Of a stretch of 64,000 nt of DNA, positions 57,822-64,000 are shown piece after piece. Source of the stretch: Candidatus Latescibacterota bacterium (GTDB lineage Bacteria > Latescibacterota > UBA2968 > GCA-2709665). The stretch covers positions 3,264,001 through 3,328,000 of the forward strand of contig OZ250150.1 in NCBI GenBank assembly GCA_965237675.1, read 5' to 3'. Under the pieces are notes generated by a model that was given only the letters and a program-made list of their open reading frames with translations, made no database searches and was not told the DNA's origin. The stretch's first letter is position 1, and the number at the start of each line of letters is the position of its first letter. A program made the position numbers and the translations under genes.

Positions 57822-59645
57822 ATGACACGCAAGCCCTTCCGTGTTCTCGTATTGGGCCTGATAATTTCGGGTAGCACGGCGTTTGCCGATCCACCGCGCC
57901 TTCAGGTTTCCGTCGACCGGACCCACGTGGCGTTGGCCGAGCAGGTCACGCTTACGGTAACGTTGACGGCCGACGGCGAAGTACCTGAGCCGGAAATGCC
58001 GATTCCTGGCGGTTTCGACGTCATCGGGCGTTCGTCCTACACGACCCAGGAAGTAAATATCACGAACGGCCAAGTGGTGACGACGCGCAATAATTCGTAC
58101 GTATATACCCTGCGGGGAAGGCGGGAGGGCAGCTTTCAAATTGGCCCGGCTCACGTCGAATATCAGGGCAGGCGGCATGAATCCGGGACGGTTCGGGTGA
58201 ATGTCGTAAAAAGCAGCGGGCGGCCTCGGGCACGCCCCGCGCCGTCGCCAGGACAGTCTTATGGCGATCGGGATGTGGAGGCATTGGAGGAGAATCTGTT
58301 CGTTGCCACCACGGTGGACAGGAACACGGTGTATGTGGGAGAGCAGGTCACGGTTTCCTATAAGCTATACACACGCTGGGCGTTGCGCAATATCAGCTAT
58401 GGTCGCCTGCCTGCCTATAAGGGTTTCTGGTCGGAGGCCCTGTTTGATGCGCAGCGTGCCAGTTTTGTCCGCGAGGTTTACGACGGCCGCCAGGTCGACG
58501 CCATGCGGTTGAAGACGGTGGCGTTGTTTCCCACGGCGTCCGGGAAACAGCCGCTGGACGGGCTTGAAGTCGTGTGCCAGGTTCAGGAACGCGCGAGGCG
58601 CAGAAACCTGTTTGATATGGACGATTTTTTCGGTTTTGGAAACAGCCGGGAAGTGCGCGCGCGATCCGAAGACGTGGAGATTGACGTCTCGCCTCTGCCC
58701 CCGGGCGCTCCGGCCGGGTTCCGCGGCGCGGTGGGCCGGTTCGACATATCGGTTGAGGCGTCGCCCGTATCGGTTGCGGAAGGAGATCCGATCGCGGTGA
58801 AGGTGAGGGTGCGTGGAACGGGTAATCTGAATGCCGTGGGCGAGCCGGTTCGTCCAAAGGGGAACGCGTTCAAGTTCTACGACCCGAAGTCAACCGTAAA
58901 CGCAAGAAACACGAACGGTCGCATCGGCGGAGAAAAGACCTTCGAATATGTCGCGATACCCAACCGACCCGGGAACGGACGGATCGGTCCGTTTTTGCTG
59001 GTCTATTTTGATCCGGAAAAAGAGCGATATCATACCGTGCGTTCACAGGTGGTTTCGGTGAGTGTGACACCGGGCAAACAGGCCGCAACCGCAGGACCCG
59101 TATTGAGCCGGAAAGAGATCGAGATGCTCGGGCAGGATATTCGTCATCTGAAGCCGGATCTCGAATATCTGGACGATCACGGCAGGCTGCTGTTAACGAA
59201 CAGCTGGTTCTGGGCGATTCAGTTTGTGCCCGTGCTCGGTTTTCTCGGGATCGTTGCATACAAACGCCACCGGGACCGGCTTATGGGCGATGTGGCCTAT
59301 GCCCGCAGGCGTCGTTCGGGATCTGAAGCCAGACGACGCCTGATACGGGCCCGAAAACGGCTCCAGGAGGAAGACGGACTGGCGTTTTACGTTGAAATCG
59401 ACAGGGCGTTGGCCCAATTCCTGGCTGATCGATTAAATTTGCCGGTAGCGGGTATGACCCCCGAGTTTGCCGCGCAGGCACTCCATGAGAAGGGTGTGCC
59501 GGATGCAATCGTGTCTGAAGTGAGGGCTGTCTTCCTGCGTTGCGATTACGCACGTTTCGCCTCGGCGCAGGTGCCGGAGAAGGAGCGCAAGGAACTCTAT
59601 GGCGTGACGGCTGCGTTGATCGATGCCCTGGGAGCCAGGATATGA
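57822..59645 (+). CDS. batD: BatD family protein
   Basis: Signal peptide, Ig-like repeats, YVGEQ, F.GAVG.F, G.GNL, DIRHLK, RFA. Confidence 0.88.
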   Translation: MTRKPFRVLVLGLIISGSTAFADPPRLQVSVDRTHVALAEQVTLTVTLTADGEVPEPEMPIPGGFDVIGRSSYTTQEVNITNGQVVTTRNNSYVYTLRGRREGSFQIGPAHVEYQGRRHESGTVRVNVVKSSGRPRARPAPSPGQSYGDRDVEALEENLFVATTVDRNTVYVGEQVTVSYKLYTRWALRNISYGRLPAYKGFWSEALFDAQRASFVREVYDGRQVDAMRLKTVALFPTASGKQPLDGLEVVCQVQERARRRNLFDMDDFFGFGNSREVRARSEDVEIDVSPLPPGAPAGFRGAVGRFDISVEASPVSVAEGDPIAVKVRVRGTGNLNAVGEPVRPKGNAFKFYDPKSTVNARNTNGRIGGEKTFEYVAIPNRPGNGRIGPFLLVYFDPEKERYHTVRSQVVSVSVTPGKQAATAGPVLSRKEIEMLGQDIRHLKPDLEYLDDHGRLLLTNSWFWAIQFVPVLGFLGIVAYKRHRDRLMGDVAYARRRRSGSEARRRLIRARKRLQEEDGLAFYVEIDRALAQFLADRLNLPVAGMTPEFAAQALHEKGVPDAIVSEVRAVFLRCDYARFASAQVPEKERKELYGVTAALIDALGARI

Positions 59646-60469
59646 GGGGCCAACGTGGACGGTCGGTCCGGCGTCGAAGAATGCGCCGGGTTTCGATTAC
59701 CGCCGTCCCTGCTGCAGGCGTGGTCTGGCGGACGGTGCTGGTATTTCTGCTGGTTTTCGGGACCGTCGGGGGCGCCGGGACCGCCACGCAGATGTACAAT
59801 GAGGCGAACGCCCTATATCGGAAAGGTGAATTCGAGGCGGCGGCGGGTCGGTACACAGAGGTGGTGTCTCAGGGTGTAAGGAATGGCTATGTTTATTTTA
59901 ATCTGGGCAATGCCTATTTCAAGACCGGAGAAATCGGACAAGCCATTCTGGCCTATGAGCGGGCTCTCAGGTTGATGCCGGGAGATGAGGACGTGCTTGC
60001 AAACCTGCGGTTTGTGAACGTCCTCAAAGAGGATAGGAATCCGGATGACGATGTCAATCTTCCCACCCGACTTATCTTGTCAGTCTACCGGCATTTAAGC
60101 GCGAATGTTTTGGCTGTGTTGAGCAGCATCTGTCTGTTGATGATGTCAGCGGCTGCCGTGTTCTGGCTCTATTCGACCTCCCGTCGTTCCGTATGGATCG
60201 GGCTGCTGGTACTGATGGGGCTGGGATTGTCCGGTTCGGGCACGCTGCTGTCGTACAGGGTTTATAGCAAAGCGGCCGTTTCCGATGCGGTTGTCCTGGC
60301 GGATGATGTGCAGGGGCGCAGCGGGCCGGGGGACGACTATCTGCTGGTATTTACCGTCCATGAAGGCACGAAGGTAGGTATCGAACGGGTTGAAAACCGC
60401 TGGTACCTGGTTCGATTGCCAAACGGCATTGGTGGATGGGTGCCGGGTGATACGGTGGGAAAAATCTGA
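59642..60469 (+). CDS. batE: BatE TPR + SH3-like protein
   Basis: AN..Y..G.F, YFNLGNAYFK.GEIGQAIL.YERA, HEGTKV, GWV. Confidence 0.87.
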   Translation: MRGQRGRSVRRRRMRRVSITAVPAAGVVWRTVLVFLLVFGTVGGAGTATQMYNEANALYRKGEFEAAAGRYTEVVSQGVRNGYVYFNLGNAYFKTGEIGQAILAYERALRLMPGDEDVLANLRFVNVLKEDRNPDDDVNLPTRLILSVYRHLSANVLAVLSSICLLMMSAAAVFWLYSTSRRSVWIGLLVLMGLGLSGSGTLLSYRVYSKAAVSDAVVLADDVQGRSGPGDDYLLVFTVHEGTKVGIERVENRWYLVRLPNGIGGWVPGDTVGKI

Positions 60470-60586
60470 TTTGTACTACACGGACTGGCGGACGGAAGCA
60501 GGGTGGCGCTCGTTTTCGGACCGCCCGGACCGAAACGACAGTATCTTCCGAAGCGTGACAGTTTTGTATTTGTCTCAAAGGTCGAC

Positions 60587-61933
60587 ATGATGTCGTATAG
60601 AGCCTGGTTCCAGTGTTTTAGAGGATGCGACGGCCGTTATCCGCTGACTCAGATCGTTTACGCGTGTCCGAAATGCGGCGGCCTGTTGGAGGTGACCCAC
60701 GATCTGGATGCACTGCGTACCAGGTCTCCGCAGTACTGGCGTGGGTTGTTCGATCGACGGTATATGCACACGGAATGGCCCTACGGCAGTTCGGTGTGGG
60801 GCAAGAAGGAGATGGTCTGTCCGGTCGTGGACGACGACAATGTGGTATCGATGTATGAAGGGGGCAGCAACCTGTTTTGGGCGGAGCGGTTGGGGCGTGA
60901 GATCGGGGTCGAGGACCTGTGGGTCAAGCAATGTGGAAACAGCCACACCGGTTCGTTCAAGGATCTGGGTATGACAGTACTGGTGTCAATGGTCAATCAG
61001 ATGGTTGCCGAGGGTCAGCGGATCCCCGCGGCCGCGTGCGCCTCGACGGGAGATACCTCCGCGGCACTGGCCGCCTACTGCGCGCACGCGGGCTTAAAGG
61101 CGGTTGTGTTCCTGCCACGTGACAAGGTCTCCACGGCCCAACTCGTGCAGCCGATGGCCAACGGGGCGCTCGTGTTGAGCCTGGATACGGATTTCGACGG
61201 GTGCATGAAACTGGTTCAGGAGATCTGCCATAACGAGAACATCTACCTGGCCAATTCGATGAACTCGCTTCGGGTGGAGGGTCAGAAAACCGTCAGCGTG
61301 GAGTTGCTCCAGCAGTTCGATTGGAATATGCCGCAGTGGATCGTGGTTCCCGGGGGGAACCTGGGAAATGTCAGCGCACTGGGCAAGGGTTTCAGCGAAT
61401 TGGCGGAGATGGGTCTGATCGACCGGTTGCCCCGAATTGCCGTTGCACAGAGCGCTCGTGCGAATCCGCTTTACTTGAGCTACCAGAAGGGTTTCGACAG
61501 TTTCGAGCCGATCAAGGCGGACACGACCCTGGCCAGCGCCATTCAGATCGGCGAACCCGTCAGTACGGAAAAGGCGATACGGACCCTGCAGACCTTTAAC
61601 GGCGTGGTGGAACAGGCCACGGATCAGGAACTGGCCGATGCGGCGGCGCGTGCGGATCGAACGGGATTGTTCTCCTGTCCGCACACGGGCGTGGCATTTG
61701 CCGCGCTTTTCAAGCTGGTGGATCGGGGCGTCATTCAGAAAGATGACCGGGTCGTGGTGATTTCAACTGCCCATGGTTTGAAATTCACCGAATTCAAGAT
61801 CAGATACCACCAGGAGGAACTACGGGCGTTCGGCGTGGATCCGGACTATGCGAACCTGCCCGTGGAATTGCCGGCCGATTACGGGAAGGTTCGCGACGAG
61901 ATCTTTCGCGCGCTTGATTTTTACGATGGTTGA
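60587..61933 (+). CDS. thrC: Threonine synthase (plant-like subfamily)
   Basis: [16 protein letters not shown] (PLP Lys), [39 protein letters not shown]. Confidence 0.95.
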   Translation: MMSYRAWFQCFRGCDGRYPLTQIVYACPKCGGLLEVTHDLDALRTRSPQYWRGLFDRRYMHTEWPYGSSVWGKKEMVCPVVDDDNVVSMYEGGSNLFWAERLGREIGVEDLWVKQCGNSHTGSFKDLGMTVLVSMVNQMVAEGQRIPAAACASTGDTSAALAAYCAHAGLKAVVFLPRDKVSTAQLVQPMANGALVLSLDTDFDGCMKLVQEICHNENIYLANSMNSLRVEGQKTVSVELLQQFDWNMPQWIVVPGGNLGNVSALGKGFSELAEMGLIDRLPRIAVAQSARANPLYLSYQKGFDSFEPIKADTTLASAIQIGEPVSTEKAIRTLQTFNGVVEQATDQELADAAARADRTGLFSCPHTGVAFAALFKLVDRGVIQKDDRVVVISTAHGLKFTEFKIRYHQEELRAFGVDPDYANLPVELPADYGKVRDEIFRALDFYDG

Positions 61934-61958
61934 CAGCGTCGGAGGAATTGATTACATT
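61930..61958 (+). promoter_or_regulatory. Sigma70-type promoter for the metB leader
   Basis: TTGACA-17 nt-TACATT; the -35 box overlaps the thrC stop codon. Confidence 0.75.
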
Positions 61959-61975
61959 CAATCGGCAAATTCAAC

Positions 61976-62027
61976 GTAGTGGTGATTTGAGGCATATTGC
62001 AGCCACTATAAAGAAATCGCTAAAAAG
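61976..62027 (+). ncRNA. SAM-II (SAM_alpha-type) riboswitch aptamer
   Basis: GTAGTGGTGATTTG-AGGCATA-TTGCAGCCACTA-TAAAGAAATC-GCTAAAAAG matches the SAM-II consensus GUGGUGAUUUG...UUGC.GCCAC..AAA...GCUAAA; P1 TAGTGG/CCACTA pairs; upstream of a Met biosynthesis gene. Confidence 0.85.
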
Positions 62028-62067
62028 CTGATCAACAATACGGTTGTTGGTTGCGTATTCAGGTTGC

Positions 62068-62095
62068 CTGGAGCTTTTTGGCTCCAGTTTTTTTT
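62068..62095 (+). terminator. Intrinsic terminator (riboswitch expression platform)
   Basis: CTGGAGC-TTTTTG-GCTCCAG followed by 8 T, ending 18 nt before the metB ATG. Confidence 0.85.
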
Positions 62096-62113
62096 GTGGT
62101 ACCGGAGGATGCG

Positions 62114-63307
62114 ATGAGAGAGAAGCCATCACGGAATGGCGCATGCGGTTCTACGCAGGCGGTGCATGCCGGGGAAAAGGGAGGACATTGGGGCCATTCC
62201 CTCACGGTCCCGATTGCGCAGACGTCGACCTATGTGTTCGAAGACACGAGGGCGGTGGACGATTTCGTTTCCGGGCGCTCGACCCGCCTTGATTACGGGC
62301 GCTACGGAAATCCGACGCAGCAGATCGCGGAGCGGAAACTGGCCGAACTTGAGGGAGCGGATTCGGCGCTGTTGTTCTCGTCCGGAATGAGCGCGATAAC
62401 GACCACACTTCTGGGCATGTTGTCAACGGGTCACCACGCCGTGATAACGGACGACTGTTATCGGAAAACTGCACAGTTCTGCGGACAGATGCTGAAAAAG
62501 TTCGGTATCGCCACGACCTTCGTCCCCGCCGGTGACTATGCAGGCCTTGAGTCGGCCATCCAGGAGAATACGCGGGTGGTTATTGCGGAATCTCCCACCA
62601 ACCCTCATCTGAACGTGATGGATCTGGAAAGAGTCGTCGCCCTTGCGAAAGCAAGCCGGGCGAAGGTCGTGATCGACAGCACGTTTGCCACGCCGTTCAA
62701 CCAGCGTCCCCTGGCGTTCGGGGTCGACCTGGTCATTCACAGCGCGACCAAGTATCTGGGTGGTCACAACGACCTTATTGCCGGCGTCGTTCTTGGTTCA
62801 GAGCCCCTGGTCGCGGCCATTAAGGAATATCGGGGTATCCTGGGCGGGGTGATCGATCCGCACTGCGCGTACCTGCTGATCAGAGGTATCAAGACGTTCC
62901 CCCTCAGAATGGCGCGTCAAAACGAGACGGCGTTGGCCCTTGCACGGTTTCTGGAGGGCAGCCGGAAGGTGCGCCGGGTCTACTATCCCGGGCTGGAAAG
63001 CCACCCGCACCATCCGGTTGCGCGTGCACAAATGAACGGTTACGGCGGCGTCGTGAGTTTCGACCTCGAGGCGGATCTGACGCGGACCATGGCATTCCTC
63101 GACAGCCTGGAAGTACCGTGTATCGGCGCGAGTCTGGGTGGTGTGGAGAGCATCGTCTCCCACCCGTCAACCATTTCCTACTATGAATTGGGGCGGGAGG
63201 AACGGATCGCCATAGGGATCGGAGACGAATTGGTTCGTTATTCGGTAGGAATCGAGGACGCGGAAGACCTGATTGCAGACGTCGATCGGGCTCTGGAGGC
63301 CGTTTAA
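62114..63307 (+). CDS. metB: Cystathionine gamma-synthase (Cys/Met metabolism PLP enzyme, plant-like)
   Basis: YGRYGNPT, SSGM, DCYRKT, ESPTNP, DSTFATP, HSATKYLGGHND, SLGGVES; GGAGG RBS before 62114. Confidence 0.85.
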   Translation: MREKPSRNGACGSTQAVHAGEKGGHWGHSLTVPIAQTSTYVFEDTRAVDDFVSGRSTRLDYGRYGNPTQQIAERKLAELEGADSALLFSSGMSAITTTLLGMLSTGHHAVITDDCYRKTAQFCGQMLKKFGIATTFVPAGDYAGLESAIQENTRVVIAESPTNPHLNVMDLERVVALAKASRAKVVIDSTFATPFNQRPLAFGVDLVIHSATKYLGGHNDLIAGVVLGSEPLVAAIKEYRGILGGVIDPHCAYLLIRGIKTFPLRMARQNETALALARFLEGSRKVRRVYYPGLESHPHHPVARAQMNGYGGVVSFDLEADLTRTMAFLDSLEVPCIGASLGGVESIVSHPSTISYYELGREERIAIGIGDELVRYSVGIEDAEDLIADVDRALEAV

Positions 63308-63351
63308 CACACAAGAGGAGCGAGGCTGAAGGTTGCGCCTCTGCATAGTGT

Positions 63352-63999
63352 ATGTTCGGTCCGTTTCTTGCATTCGCGTTGCGGGCGCCGTTACAGGATG
63401 AACGCTGGCGGCAGAAGATTCTACTGGGCGGTCTGCTGTCGTTGCTCCCCACACTGGCATTGCTGCTTGCCTTGTTTATGGCTTTGGGCAAAGTCTCCAT
63501 GATGCTGGCGCCCGTGGCGGTCGTTTTCTTTGTGGTGCCGACCCTGGTGTCGTGGGGCTATGTCTATCGTGTGTTTGTGGATGCGTTGAACGGTCTGGAA
63601 TTCCGCCGATTGCCCGAGTGGGGCGCATGGAGGCAATATGCGGTTGCAGGCGTCCGACTCGGAGTGATTTTTTTGGGATATCTGTTTCTGGTCGGCCTGG
63701 GGACACTTGCCGTGATGGCGGTAATGGGACTGGTTCCGCCGGGAGAAGACCCGACCCGGCTGAGCGCGGTCACTATGCTCGTGATTGGGGCCGGCATGGT
63801 GCTATACGGGATTCTGCCCGTCGTGTTTGCGAGGTTTGCCGCAGAGCGAAAGGTATGGGCTTCATTCGATCCGGGAGCGATCGGGTCGGACATTCGGCGG
63901 TTGGTTCGAGGTGGGCGTTATACACAGGCGTGTCTTGCGTTTTATGCCCTCTACGGACTCCTGCTTCTCTCGAATCTGATACTGGGGGCGGTTCCGCCC
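63352..63999 (+). CDS. DUF4013-like membrane protein, 3'-partial
   Basis: Open frame to the window end: MFGPFLAFALRAPLQDERWRQKILLGG...GY.YRV......LPEW..W; absent from the ORF track because it has no stop codon. Confidence 0.7.
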   Translation, partial: MFGPFLAFALRAPLQDERWRQKILLGGLLSLLPTLALLLALFMALGKVSMMLAPVAVVFFVVPTLVSWGYVYRVFVDALNGLEFRRLPEWGAWRQYAVAGVRLGVIFLGYLFLVGLGTLAVMAVMGLVPPGEDPTRLSAVTMLVIGAGMVLYGILPVVFARFAAERKVWASFDPGAIGSDIRRLVRGGRYTQACLAFYALYGLLLLSNLILGAVPP

Positions 64000-64000
64000 G

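Noticed and set aside
60470-60586. Thr/Ile leader-peptide attenuator before thrC
   Set aside because: No Thr-rich mini-ORF; the hairpin TCGTTTTCGG...CCGAAACGA lacks an adjacent U-tract.
61960-62100. SAM-I (S-box) or T-box in the metB leader
   Set aside because: Lacks the SAM-I AUC...GAU core and kink-turn and the T-box motif, and is too short; SAM-II fits instead.
1-64000. CRISPR arrays, tRNA/rRNA genes, integrases, transposases
   Set aside because: None recognised by eye; short or degenerate elements could have been missed without computational scans.

Overview
GC-rich bacterial window (lineage not determinable here; gene content suggests an uncultured FCB/PVC-type heterotroph, which is inference). 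1-8.3 kb is the 3' end of an anti-phage island: a DUF3696-type ABC/AAA ATPase plus a putative nuclease (Menshen NsnB/NsnC-like), translationally coupled to BREX type III brxHII-pglZ-brxA. The island ends against a truncated, frameshifted membrane-protein gene. 8.5-37.7 kb holds catabolic and envelope genes: DegT aminotransferase, heparinase II/III-like protein, hydantoinase A/B, rhodanese-MauE-two FG-GAP/ASPIC-UnbV proteins, NhaC-family antiporter, K+ channel, RidA, RsbW, enolase-superfamily enzyme, decayed and intact toxin-antitoxin genes, and a polyamine-type ABC transporter with a duplicated binding protein. 37.8-43.9 kb is a second accessory patch (RES, PIN remnant, SIR2-like, AAA-PD(D/E)XK). 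46.9-60.5 kb is a moxR-DUF58-bat operon with a GldA/F/G-like ABC + DUF4340 module inserted in it. The window ends with plant-type thrC, a SAM-II riboswitch coupled to an intrinsic terminator/antiterminator, and a plant-type cystathionine gamma-synthase. No rRNA, tRNA, CRISPR array, integrase or transposase was seen. All family calls come from motif recognition, not database searches.
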